Of a DNA stretch of 64,000 nucleotides, positions 26,266 to 35,254 are shown one piece after another. A program made the position numbers and the translations under genes. Below the pieces are notes generated by a model. It did no database searches. It was given only the letters and a program-made list of their open reading frames with translations, and was not told the origin of the DNA. The DNA lies in the IMG/VR virus record IMGVR_UViG_3300010354_000044, positions 96,001 through 160,000 of that record; one strand, 5' to 3'. Numbering within the stretch: the first letter of the stretch is position 1; the number at the start of each line of letters is the position of its first letter. This stretch comes from a virus.

Positions 26266-26300
26266 GGCTTAGCGCGGTCGCTACACGGACAAGCGCTAAG

Positions 26301-26335
26301 AAGGCGGGGGTTTCCCTCCTTACCCCGCCTTTTTT
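26301..26335 (+). terminator. intrinsic terminator closing the RNA-array operon
   Basis: AAGGCGGGG...CCCCGCCTT followed by a T run. Confidence 0.75.
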
Positions 26336-26439
26336 AATACGAAACATGAGCCGAGGCCTCCTCGGCTTGTGTCTTTTTATCGCCATTTCCTAACTAATAT
26401 GTTATATTAAAAAATACAGCAGTCTAAGCTGCCCTCGAC

Positions 26440-27075
26440 ATGAAAAGAGCCAAGAATTGGGATTTCAATTCATCCTCAAATCCCCAACACATTCCTACTC
26501 CAGCGGCGCCTGCTACTGAAAGTAGAGAAAGGTTGACTACTAAAGCTGAGAGTGTACCTAAGAGAATAACACAAGGGCCCCTTACCTTATATCCGGAAAG
26601 AATTACTAATACTAATGTGAAACCACGCCTAGCCATAGAACTAACTCGTAGGCAGCAAGTGCATGTCGTTGCTGCAGTTGTTGGTGTATTGGCATTAGTG
26701 GCTGCCGGCTCAAGCTTAGTAACCCGCAGCATCCAGAGTACGTCACCTACGGGCGATGCTATGGCTGAGTTTAACTGTGTATCTACTAACAATGTAGACC
26801 CCACAGGGATTCAAACATTGTATAACGTACAATCTCAGGTCTTGGCAGCTAGAACCCCCAGGGATGTCCTTGGAGACCCCGGGTGTACATTAGCTAAAGA
26901 GGTCGCGTCACCTACCTTAGCTTCTCAGGTCCTTTTGTATGAAACCGATAGACTTGACGTAGTGCTGGCGGTTGTTGTAACCGAAAGTGCTGGTAAGTTC
27001 TTTGTACAAGATACGTTCTTTACAGACGGCTTTACAAGAATTGAAGTACAGCAAAGCCAGGGAGAATCACTGTGA
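26440..27075 (+). CDS. single-TM hypothetical protein
   Basis: VHVVAAVVGVLALVAAG hydrophobic segment. Confidence 0.6.
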   Translation: MKRAKNWDFNSSSNPQHIPTPAAPATESRERLTTKAESVPKRITQGPLTLYPERITNTNVKPRLAIELTRRQQVHVVAAVVGVLALVAAGSSLVTRSIQSTSPTGDAMAEFNCVSTNNVDPTGIQTLYNVQSQVLAARTPRDVLGDPGCTLAKEVASPTLASQVLLYETDRLDVVLAVVVTESAGKFFVQDTFFTDGFTRIEVQQSQGESL

Positions 27076-27644
27076 TTATAGCTATAGCAGGGCCCCATAG
27101 CAGTGGTAAGGATACTATTGCCGCTTTCTTAAAACCTTACGGCTTCAAAAGAATATCGTATGCGGATGAGGTTTGCCGGTGCGTATCCCATAAATACAAG
27201 CTCCCCTACGCCCGTCTTTTAGGCTTAAATCAAGAAGATAGACTTTGGCGCAGAACACCCCATACTAGCCTGGCTGTCCGTAACGGCGCACATTTAACCC
27301 CCTTGGATGTTCTAAATATAGAAGGGGATGGCAGCCGAGAAGTACAGCCAGATGTTTGGGTAAAGCACCTGCTGGATGTTATTGACAAAGATCCCCAAAG
27401 TAACTGGGTGATTCCAGGTCTAAGGCGCTTGAATGAAGCACAAGCTGTTCTAGCAAGGGGAGGGCTACTTTGGTATGTTCATAAACAGGGCCTTCCTTTA
27501 GGCCCTGAAGAGAAGGAACTCCCTTTTGTTAGGAATCTTGCTTCAGAGATTATTTATAACCAAGCAACCCTCTCTGACTTAGAGCAGACTGTAATGGGTC
27601 TAATATTAAAATTCAACATCCAGGGCGCAAATGCTACTTATTAG
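27072..27644 (+). CDS. deoxynucleoside monophosphate kinase
   Basis: IIAIAGPHSSGKDT, SYAD, SREVQPDVWV, RRLNEA. Confidence 0.8.
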   Translation: MIIAIAGPHSSGKDTIAAFLKPYGFKRISYADEVCRCVSHKYKLPYARLLGLNQEDRLWRRTPHTSLAVRNGAHLTPLDVLNIEGDGSREVQPDVWVKHLLDVIDKDPQSNWVIPGLRRLNEAQAVLARGGLLWYVHKQGLPLGPEEKELPFVRNLASEIIYNQATLSDLEQTVMGLILKFNIQGANATY

Positions 27645-27743
27645 TAGAGGCTTAAAAACGCCTCAAAAGCTGAGTGCTTTTGAGATAGTCTGGTTTAAGC
27701 ACACCAGAGATTACTTAGCTGTTAGTTATCGGCTGAAAAAGAA

Positions 27744-27944
27744 ATGTCAGAAGTAACCGTTCGTTATGTAGAGCGTGATCCAGAAGTAACCGTTCGTTAT
27801 GTTGACCCTGCTACGTATGACGCTATGTGCCAGCTAGCCGCGCAGGGGTACAACGGCGATCAGATTGATGCAACCCTTGGCCTCCCTCCCATCCCCTCCC
27901 CCCAACCTCGGCAGACTACGCATGAGCAGCCCAATTATAACTAG
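27744..27944 (+). CDS. small protein with tandem EVTVRYV repeat
   Basis: CAGAAGTAACCGTTCGTTATGT duplicated at 33-nt spacing. Confidence 0.5.
   Translation: MSEVTVRYVERDPEVTVRYVDPATYDAMCQLAAQGYNGDQIDATLGLPPIPSPQPRQTTHEQPNYN
27881..27917 (+). repeat. C-tract/CGGCAG element, copy 5
   Basis: CCTCCCTCCCATCCCCTCCCCCCAACCTCGGCAGACT. Confidence 0.75.
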
Positions 27945-28296
27945 AGTCGCTTACCAAGCCTACCAACTTAGGTGGCCGGCAGGACAGGGAAACACGGTCC
28001 TAGATATCTCGTTCTATAGATTTAACGAGCATTATAAATTAGATACCCTGCCTGCTCCTTATGTCCTGCAGCACTGGCAGGGTAAGCCAATTGGCTACCG
28101 ACGGTTTGGGTATTACTGTTCATCGGCAGATACGTATTACTCTAACTACACAGAGATAATACACGAAACCATTTGCCAACCCCTAGAGCTGCCGGATTCT
28201 ACAGTTTATAGGCCGGTAGCCGTTAACATTTTTTACGGGTCAAAGATTGAATATGATTCAGGAACAATTAAAGTGGTTGCCGCGCCCGAGCGTTAG
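27922..28296 (+). CDS. hypothetical protein
   Basis: Probable start MSSPII. Confidence 0.5.
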   Translation: MSSPIITRVAYQAYQLRWPAGQGNTVLDISFYRFNEHYKLDTLPAPYVLQHWQGKPIGYRRFGYYCSSADTYYSNYTEIIHETICQPLELPDSTVYRPVAVNIFYGSKIEYDSGTIKVVAAPER

Positions 28297-28792
28297 AAAC
28301 TCAGTTCTTATAACAGGTGCTGGCCTACTCGGATTTGTATTAATGACTCTAGTAACTTCCTCCGAAGGTACGCTGCAGGAATCCACGTTAACAGAGCAGA
28401 CCTTAAGCGCCTTAGGATATGTTAGAGGAGATATTACCCCTACAGTAAGCGTAGACGTACTTCCGGGTAGCATGCTTTTAAACTACAAAGAGCCTGCTAC
28501 TATCCATGCCTTAAGCAATGGGGTCATTACATTAGTACCAGGCTCCCCTAAATCTTATCGGCTGGAACTTATCAGCCCCTATGTAGTTCAGTTTCAACCC
28601 GAGGGCGGAAGTATAAAACTGATAAAAGACCGCTTTAAAGAAGGCGAACCTGTTTTGAAAGTAGAAGGAAGGATCGCAGTCACAATTTATTATCGGCAAG
28701 CATCTAATGAGATTAAGCCGGTTATTACATCAGTTATTAACAACCCGCAAGAACATAAAGCTGTTATAGACTCGATTATTCCGAAACCGTAG
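28247..28792 (+). CDS. membrane-anchored hypothetical protein
   Basis: N-terminal TM segment, beta-rich remainder. Confidence 0.55.
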   Translation: MNMIQEQLKWLPRPSVRNSVLITGAGLLGFVLMTLVTSSEGTLQESTLTEQTLSALGYVRGDITPTVSVDVLPGSMLLNYKEPATIHALSNGVITLVPGSPKSYRLELISPYVVQFQPEGGSIKLIKDRFKEGEPVLKVEGRIAVTIYYRQASNEIKPVITSVINNPQEHKAVIDSIIPKP

Positions 28793-28843
28793 CGCATAGC
28801 TACAGAAACAGCGGCACATAGCTACAACAACACCTAAAAACCC

Positions 28844-28873
28844 GCCCCCGGAGTGTACTGCCGGGGGTTTTTG
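28844..28873 (+). terminator. intrinsic terminator
   Basis: CCCCCGG...CCGGGGG followed by TTTTT. Confidence 0.7.
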
Positions 28874-28875
28874 TA

Positions 28876-29520
28876 TTGGAGAATCGCATGTACTGGATTA
28901 CTACAGAGAACAGAACCCGCATTGCCCTTTCTAATCTCACGGATAACCATGTCAAGAATGTCATTGAGTATATGCACAGAGAGTACTTAGGCCTGTATCG
29001 GCTTTGGGAGTTTCAACAGCAGTATCCCGAGGGTTCCTTATATCACTGTGGAGCTCTGTTTCCTGCTCGGGGGCGCATCGCTGGTTACTCAGAACTTGTT
29101 AAGGAAGCTGCACGGCGTGGGATAGCAGTAGAACATCCCCCAAACCCATTAACTCATGCTTATAATCCTAAGTTTGAGGGCTGGGGAAGGAGGTTGGATT
29201 ACAACAAAAATAAAGAACTCTTTGAACTTTATACTCGTTGTAGTAGCTGTAGCCGGGTATACTGGGTCGGAGAATGGTTAATCGGAAGCTCAAAGGTTAG
29301 GCTGTTACGCGTTTATAACCCAGTAAGTATCGTAGAAAATAGGCGTATTCTTGCAAGGTATACGCTTGACCTAGAAAGTCCCCACTTTTCTAGAAAATTG
29401 TCTAAGTTGATTAATTTAAGTTACAGTATAACAAATAATTATACTGTTCCTCCTAATGAAATTAACTATAAACGACAACGACGGGGACGTAAACCTAGAC
29501 ATTCAAGGACCACCCACTAA
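28876..29520 (+). CDS. hypothetical protein
   Basis: W.T...IALSNLTDNHVKN N-terminal motif common in phage proteins. Confidence 0.6.
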   Translation: MENRMYWITTENRTRIALSNLTDNHVKNVIEYMHREYLGLYRLWEFQQQYPEGSLYHCGALFPARGRIAGYSELVKEAARRGIAVEHPPNPLTHAYNPKFEGWGRRLDYNKNKELFELYTRCSSCSRVYWVGEWLIGSSKVRLLRVYNPVSIVENRRILARYTLDLESPHFSRKLSKLINLSYSITNNYTVPPNEINYKRQRRGRKPRHSRTTH

Positions 29521-29947
29521 GGTCTATAGCTACTGGAAATTACTGTCGGAAAACAAGGAGCTTGAACTAGCAATGGCGGGATCGGCGGAGGAAATAACTT
29601 TATTCCTAGCAGCTAATCAGAAGGAGGAGGTTCACGCTGCCCCTCTTAAAAAAGCTGAAGAGCGCGTGCATCCACCTGCCCCGTCCGCCAATCCTGACAT
29701 TGATTTAGAGCATAATGGATCAATCCTTAACCTACTTAAGGGGAACGAGGTTGCCTTTATTGATCCGGAAGGGTCAACAGCTAAGCAAGTGCTGGAAAAT
29801 TTATTACAAAGGTACCCCTCTAATACCGATTTAGGGTTGGACAAAAAGCTACAATCTGTAGTTAGAAAATACTTAAATGACTGCCGGGGGATAGGCCAAA
29901 AAAGATCCCCTAATGGCCAAGTAAAGTATATTCTCGGAGGTGATTAA
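29456..29947 (+). CDS. hypothetical protein
   Basis: 163-aa ORF, TAATG coupling to the next gene. Confidence 0.55.
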   Translation: MKLTINDNDGDVNLDIQGPPTKVYSYWKLLSENKELELAMAGSAEEITLFLAANQKEEVHAAPLKKAEERVHPPAPSANPDIDLEHNGSILNLLKGNEVAFIDPEGSTAKQVLENLLQRYPSNTDLGLDKKLQSVVRKYLNDCRGIGQKRSPNGQVKYILGGD

Positions 29948-30921
29948 TGCTTTTAGACGTACTTCTTAGCTTTCAAGCTTTAAAGCCTGAAGTTCCTAAG
30001 CAACAACCTAACAACAGCGACAGGATTGAAGTCCCTGCCCAGCCGTTCATCCCTTCCTTCGGAGGAGCCGGGCGCCAGCGGTCTGTCTATAGCCCGGAAC
30101 TACAGCGAAAAATATTGGATGGCGAAGCTACGTTAGTGAGCTTTACACTTCCTGAGGGCGAGCAAGCCCCTACGCCAGCGCCAGTACCTGTGCTTCAAAC
30201 TCCTTCTCTAGCTGAGCAGGTTAGTACAGGCTTAGAGCTGCTGCAAAAACCTAAGAAGCCCGTCAGAAAGATAATTGAAGTGCCTAAGTCAGCAACTGAC
30301 TTCGGTTACTTATTTGAAGGCGGGTCTAACAGCCCGTTAGCTATTATGGTAGGTACTTCTGAAGGCACCAGAACCTACAATGGGGGTAAGACTCAACATT
30401 ACAAAAGCCACATAGACCCAGGCAATAAGGCTGTAAACCAAGGGTCTTTCTCCTATCAACACAGTGCTGCTGGGCCTGAAGATGCGGATGCTAAGCAACT
30501 AAAAAGGCTACAAGGACAAGCCGCGGCGCTTATGCAGCAAGCTAACGACCTAGGAATCTCGGCTTATATAACCGAGTTTGCCTTTGCAATGATGATGGAC
30601 CTATGTACACAAAGTCCTACTTCTTGCCTAGGCTCTACTCAAAGGCCTAGGAGCCGAGGTCTAATGGCCTACCTAGCGGATGAGATTATTACAGCAAAAG
30701 ACGAAGGGCGTGTAATTGACACAAATTACTTAGATACTTTGTCTATTGATAGCTGGGCAGAAATCAGGGCAGCAACCTACATAGATACGACCGCTAATAA
30801 CTGGACGTCAACTGGCTTAAAGCGCGCGGGCGTTCCGTTGTCTAACTCTACCTTTAATGATCAAAAGAGGCGGACCAAAAGGGTGCAAGAGGCTTATAGC
30901 CATTACCTAAAGACAAAATAG
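29947..30921 (+). CDS. protein with cyanobacterial EGTRT...HxDPGN...GSFSYQH domain (possible cell-wall enzyme)
   Basis: Motif recognised from cyanobacterial exported proteins; function inferred. Confidence 0.5.
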   Translation: MLLDVLLSFQALKPEVPKQQPNNSDRIEVPAQPFIPSFGGAGRQRSVYSPELQRKILDGEATLVSFTLPEGEQAPTPAPVPVLQTPSLAEQVSTGLELLQKPKKPVRKIIEVPKSATDFGYLFEGGSNSPLAIMVGTSEGTRTYNGGKTQHYKSHIDPGNKAVNQGSFSYQHSAAGPEDADAKQLKRLQGQAAALMQQANDLGISAYITEFAFAMMMDLCTQSPTSCLGSTQRPRSRGLMAYLADEIITAKDEGRVIDTNYLDTLSIDSWAEIRAATYIDTTANNWTSTGLKRAGVPLSNSTFNDQKRRTKRVQEAYSHYLKTK

Positions 30922-30961
30922 TCCGGCATTGAAATTTATTAATTAACCCTTGGAGGGTAAC

Positions 30962-31312
30962 ATGCAACTAGCAAACTTGGTTGAGAATCAGACTACTGAG
31001 ATTACTAACCTTATGGAGGACTGGAAGCAAGTAATTTACAGTAAGTACTTTGCAAGATATGCAGATATTAACGTGGAGGACCTTGTAGTTAAGCTAACAG
31101 GAAAACGTAGATCACACCGTATAGAACTTCAGTTTCCTGTAGGAAATCAAACCATTACGCTTTATAGCGGCACTATAAAGCCCATTAGTACATTAGATCA
31201 AGTGTTGACTGGTGCGGGTAATCAAGAACAGTCATACTATTTGGCTGGTTGTTTAAACAGCACCTTGAGAGTAAGCATAACAGGGACAGAATTCCTTTGC
31301 ACCGAGGAGTGA
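30962..31312 (+). CDS. hypothetical protein, paralog of 31585..31995
   Basis: MQLANLV...WK...YF..Y shared pattern; reading frame continues past the TGA to 31456. Confidence 0.55.
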   Translation: MQLANLVENQTTEITNLMEDWKQVIYSKYFARYADINVEDLVVKLTGKRRSHRIELQFPVGNQTITLYSGTIKPISTLDQVLTGAGNQEQSYYLAGCLNSTLRVSITGTEFLCTEE

Positions 31313-31584
31313 GGTGTTGACGCTTCTCTGCAAACCTCTCAGCATGTTCTTATCAATCCTAAGTCCATAGGAGCGTATTTGTATACGCTGCTAGGTGATG
31401 AAGAGTCCCTCACAATGCTGGATGAAGAGCCTGTACCGGCTGAAGACGAGCTTTAACTCTCACTTGCGTTACAAGTAGCACTGGAGGTTATATCTATAGG
31501 CCTGATAACTTTTAGGCTAATACTTATTAGGCCTGTAGATATAAGGACCGTCTGCAACACTTCAACCTATAGACGGAGACTAAC

Positions 31585-31995
31585 ATGAACTTAGCTACGC
31601 TAATTAACGAACATAAGATCACCCTAGATTCCCTTATACAGAATTGGAAGGCCTTAACTCATGCTACATACTTTAAACAGTATGAGGAAGTAAGTCCTGA
31701 CAGATTGACAACAAAACTCGTTATCTCCAATAATCGGTACCGAATTCGCCTTGATATTTCTTTTGATTTAGGGCAGGGACCTTCTAGAGTTACGTTCTAC
31801 AGCAATCTGATAGAACCTCTGCCCGCAGCATCAGATTTGGAACAATGCCCAAATCTATATAATTATGTACGCAATAACCATTGGATTGTAGCTACTGGGT
31901 TAATGACCGTGGATAACCAGCCCATTGCGCCTAATGAGTTGTTAATGCATCTTATCATGCATAACGAACGGTTACTACTGACCTTCCTCCCTTAA
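31585..31995 (+). CDS. hypothetical protein, paralog of 30962..31312
   Basis: MNLATLI...WK...YFKQY. Confidence 0.6.
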   Translation: MNLATLINEHKITLDSLIQNWKALTHATYFKQYEEVSPDRLTTKLVISNNRYRIRLDISFDLGQGPSRVTFYSNLIEPLPAASDLEQCPNLYNYVRNNHWIVATGLMTVDNQPIAPNELLMHLIMHNERLLLTFLP

Positions 31996-32033
31996 CCTAT
32001 AACTAAAGGCTAATATACACCACAGCCTAAACT

Positions 32034-32618
32034 ATGGACAACGCACAAATTCTAGAAAACCTACATACTCTGCTGAAGGAATCTGTTGTGATTCCGCCCC
32101 AGTCAGAAGAGCAAACAACATACTTAATTGAGGATTTTGTTAAACGGCTGCTATTTCGCGCCAATAAGTACCCAAAAGTACGTGCTTGTTCCGTCGCCGT
32201 TGTTATTGACCAATTGGTCAATAAACAGACTTACCTATACCTTGAAAAGGGTAAATTGCGCGCAGCCTTCTACCCAACTGATCTAGAAAATATAGGGGAC
32301 CACTATCAATATTTATCCCGGGGTCTAAATGAAAACCACCTAGAACTACAGAGTCTACACCAGCGGGTTGTAGAACTCTCAAAAGACCTACGGAATGTAA
32401 AGGAAGAAATTTCTAAGGCTGAGAAAGCGTTAGAAAATAAGCGAACCTGTATACGTAATAGCATAAAGGATCACTTCTATCAATTTTTATTGGTAGAAAC
32501 CGGGCAGCAGCCTACCAAAGTAAACCGTGAACTATTCAATTTTTATTGGGAGAGTGAAGTTACTCATGCGGAAATCCGTAATAGATTCAAGGCCTTGAGC
32601 AGTAAGTCTGAGGAGTAA
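32034..32618 (+). CDS. coiled-coil hypothetical protein
   Basis: 194-aa ORF. Confidence 0.6.
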   Translation: MDNAQILENLHTLLKESVVIPPQSEEQTTYLIEDFVKRLLFRANKYPKVRACSVAVVIDQLVNKQTYLYLEKGKLRAAFYPTDLENIGDHYQYLSRGLNENHLELQSLHQRVVELSKDLRNVKEEISKAEKALENKRTCIRNSIKDHFYQFLLVETGQQPTKVNRELFNFYWESEVTHAEIRNRFKALSSKSEE

Positions 32619-32649
32619 AGGCTGCTCTTACTCGCTATTACTAAAAGGG

Positions 32650-33366
32650 GTGCCTATTGTCAATCAACTTCAAACAGTAGTTATGCGCCGATTACGAAAT
32701 CCAGACGATTTTAGTATCGTTCCTGTAAATAATGCTAAAAATGTAATAACCCCTTACAAGAAAACAGTTAGTATTCCACCCCTGTGTATACTGGCTACGT
32801 TAGCTACCGTCAGTGCCTTGCTTTTTGGTTTACAGGGTTTTATAAAAGACAACCCTGTTGTCACTGAGGAGCAAAGTACTGCCATTATTCTGGAGGGCGA
32901 GGCGCCCCAACTACAAGAAAACCCTGAGGCTGTATGGGGTGATCTAAGCTTTCCTATACATGCTAAATACTTCCAGCGGTACACATCAGGCTTTGGCTAT
33001 CGTGTACACCCAACTAAAGGATTAGGTGCATTCCACTACGGCTTAGACCTAGCGGCCCCGATGGGATCGCCTATAGTGGCCTGGGCTTCAGGCACCGTTT
33101 CAGTGTCTAATTACCAGGGTGACTGCGGCGAAACGATTATTATTAAGTCAAACGAGTGGGAGTCTATCTACTGCCATGGGCAAAAAAATAGTCGTTTAGT
33201 CCGTGAAGGGGATACTGTAAAAGCAGGTCAGCTTGTTATGCTCGTTGGGAGTACAGGGGCAAGCAGCGGCCCGCACCTTCACTGGGGGTTGCGTTACCAA
33301 GGTAAATGGGTAGACCCTAATGTAGTTCTTGTGAAAATGAAGGAGCAGCAGAAGGCCAACCCATAA
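32650..33366 (+). CDS. M23 family peptidoglycan metallopeptidase, membrane-anchored
   Basis: SGFGYRVHP, HYGLD, YCH, GPHLHW; N-terminal TM. Confidence 0.92.
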   Translation: MPIVNQLQTVVMRRLRNPDDFSIVPVNNAKNVITPYKKTVSIPPLCILATLATVSALLFGLQGFIKDNPVVTEEQSTAIILEGEAPQLQENPEAVWGDLSFPIHAKYFQRYTSGFGYRVHPTKGLGAFHYGLDLAAPMGSPIVAWASGTVSVSNYQGDCGETIIIKSNEWESIYCHGQKNSRLVREGDTVKAGQLVMLVGSTGASSGPHLHWGLRYQGKWVDPNVVLVKMKEQQKANP

Positions 33367-33390
33367 CTTGTACGATTCAAGTTATACAAA

Positions 33391-33452
33391 CCTCCTCCCC
33401 CTCCCCCTACCCTAAAGCAGCTTGCAAAACCCCCCAAGGACCGGCAGGCTGC
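33391..33452 (+). repeat. C-tract/CGGCAG element, copy 6
   Basis: CCTCCTCCCCCTCCCCCTACCCTAAA...CCCCCCAAGGACCGGCAGGCTGC. Confidence 0.7.
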
Positions 33453-33488
33453 TTTTTCTATATCTTCTAACCTATTAATCTTATTCTT

Positions 33489-34223
33489 ATGTACAACGGA
33501 GCTGTTCTATATGAGGGCCCGTCACTATTCAACGATGAACCAATCCTTTGTATCGTGACAGGACTAACGCGCCCCAGTACTAATATCAAAACGGGCCCTA
33601 TGGCTCAGGTCTATGTGATACCTAATCACAAGCCTACTGAAGCCATCAAAGAAGGAACTGATAACTCGGTCTGTGGTGACTGTCCACTGCGACGCACTAT
33701 GTGCTATGTAAGACCAGTCACGCTAAATCAGGTTTATACCGCCTATCTAGCTAATAAGTATACCCGTAATCTAGAGTGGGCGTTGGCGCAGATTAGTATC
33801 AATAGGTTACGAGTCCGGCTAACAGCTTACGGAGAGGCGCCTGCTGTCCCCTATAACGCCTTAGAGTCATTACTACAGTTCAAACACACTGGCTACACGC
33901 ATGCGTGGCGTAAGGACATAGACGAGCGCTGGAAAGGTAACCTTATGGCAAGTGTACAGACGCTGGAGGAAGCTGAAGAAGCGCAAGCGGCTGGCTGGCG
34001 TACCTTCCGTATTACCCTACCTGACGAGCCTGTGGCTGAAAACGAAATATTGTGCTTAAATGTAAAGCATAAGCTACCTTGCAGCCAATGCCTAAAGTGT
34101 AATGGCAGGGGGCCTAATGTTGTAGACCCTATTCACGGACTACAGCATAAAATAAATACTTATACTTATTTTAGAACTACTATACAAAATGCTGAACGAA
34201 CTTCTATTGCGCACGGAATTTAA
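33489..34223 (+). CDS. Cys-rich conserved phage protein (gp88-like, putative Fe-S)
   Basis: NxKTG, CGDCP...CYV, RLxxYGE, GYTHAW, MASV, C...CxxCxxC...HG. Confidence 0.65.
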   Translation: MYNGAVLYEGPSLFNDEPILCIVTGLTRPSTNIKTGPMAQVYVIPNHKPTEAIKEGTDNSVCGDCPLRRTMCYVRPVTLNQVYTAYLANKYTRNLEWALAQISINRLRVRLTAYGEAPAVPYNALESLLQFKHTGYTHAWRKDIDERWKGNLMASVQTLEEAEEAQAAGWRTFRITLPDEPVAENEILCLNVKHKLPCSQCLKCNGRGPNVVDPIHGLQHKINTYTYFRTTIQNAERTSIAHGI

Positions 34224-34437
34224 CAAACTAGGCCTAACAGCAGCCCACGTAGACTGGGCCTTACATTTCTATACTAATTACAACAACGAGCCTAAACAGT
34301 CTAGTGAGGAGGATAGGGATTTAAGGTACACCATCGCCCAAGCCGTTAACCAAGAACACCCGCCCCTTACTAAAGAGTCTATGTTTGCCTACCTGGCTCA
34401 GTTTTGCGCGACTACTGTAGAGTATAAGCTAAGCTAA
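34189..34437 (+). CDS. hypothetical protein
   Basis: 82-aa ORF. Confidence 0.5.
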   Translation: MLNELLLRTEFNKLGLTAAHVDWALHFYTNYNNEPKQSSEEDRDLRYTIAQAVNQEHPPLTKESMFAYLAQFCATTVEYKLS

Positions 34438-34532
34438 TTAGATTGAATCTCATAACCTATTAATGGGAGTCAACTGCCGAGGGTTACTCGGTAGTTATAT
34501 AGACTAAGCTGGTTAGATTGAACCTCATAGCC
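34430..34532 (+). repeat. imperfect 28-bp direct repeat flanking a hairpin
   Basis: TAAGCTAATTAGATTGAATCTCATAACC / TAAGCTGGTTAGATTGAACCTCATAGCC around AACTGCCGAG-GGTTA-CTCGGTAGTT. Confidence 0.65.
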
Positions 34533-34573
34533 GACCTTATCTTAGGGCTAAACATATAAAGGTTAATTAAGTT

Positions 34574-35191
34574 ATGGAGCACAGGTCTAAAGCTGAATCT
34601 AGTAACCAGAATGTTGTAGAGCAAATCAAGCGCAGCTTGCGGACTTTAGGGTATAAAGCCACAATAGAGAAACTGAACCGTCTCTCTAAAGTTCAAAAGT
34701 ACTGGGTAAGGGAAAATAGGTTACTAGAGAAGGCTTTAAGGAGATTCGGGGAGGAAGTAGGTTACGACCTGTATAATTTAGTTTTAGATCTAGAGACTAG
34801 CTATACAGCTGTAACCTCAACCTCAAGAATGTTTGATTACAAAAAGCATAGCCCGGTCACCTACACAATAGGCTTAGATAAATATAACTACCCAGAATTC
34901 CTAGTGTCCGGGGACGTGGAGACTGGCCATTACTATATTTCTTTAATAGGCGACTATATAGAAAAGTCAAATACGCCCATAGATCTAGGGGAACCCCTGT
35001 ATTTACAGGAGGAAATGATTCTTTTTAAAAGAGTCTCAAACCGTCATTGGAACAGACTAGGATTATTGCAATGGTATAACAGCTTTAAACCTAGCGAAAT
35101 TATACAAATACTTTATAGGCCCTTCCCCTGGGAGACTTTGGAAAGAGAACAGGTCCTTTATTGGACGTGTCCTATTAAATATACAAAGTAG
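34574..35191 (+). CDS. DUF4262-like domain protein
   Basis: YTIGL..YNYPEFLVSG...QILY..FPWE. Confidence 0.55.
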   Translation: MEHRSKAESSNQNVVEQIKRSLRTLGYKATIEKLNRLSKVQKYWVRENRLLEKALRRFGEEVGYDLYNLVLDLETSYTAVTSTSRMFDYKKHSPVTYTIGLDKYNYPEFLVSGDVETGHYYISLIGDYIEKSNTPIDLGEPLYLQEEMILFKRVSNRHWNRLGLLQWYNSFKPSEIIQILYRPFPWETLEREQVLYWTCPIKYTK

Positions 35192-35254
35192 CCTTCCTAT
35201 AAAGGATAGTAGCCTCAGCTCACGGGGCCTATTTTTATCTATTGAAATTTTACT

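Noticed and set aside
34430-34532. Mini CRISPR array
   Set aside because: Only two imperfect repeats, similarity extends past the GATTGAA motif, the spacer is itself a hairpin, and no cas genes are present.
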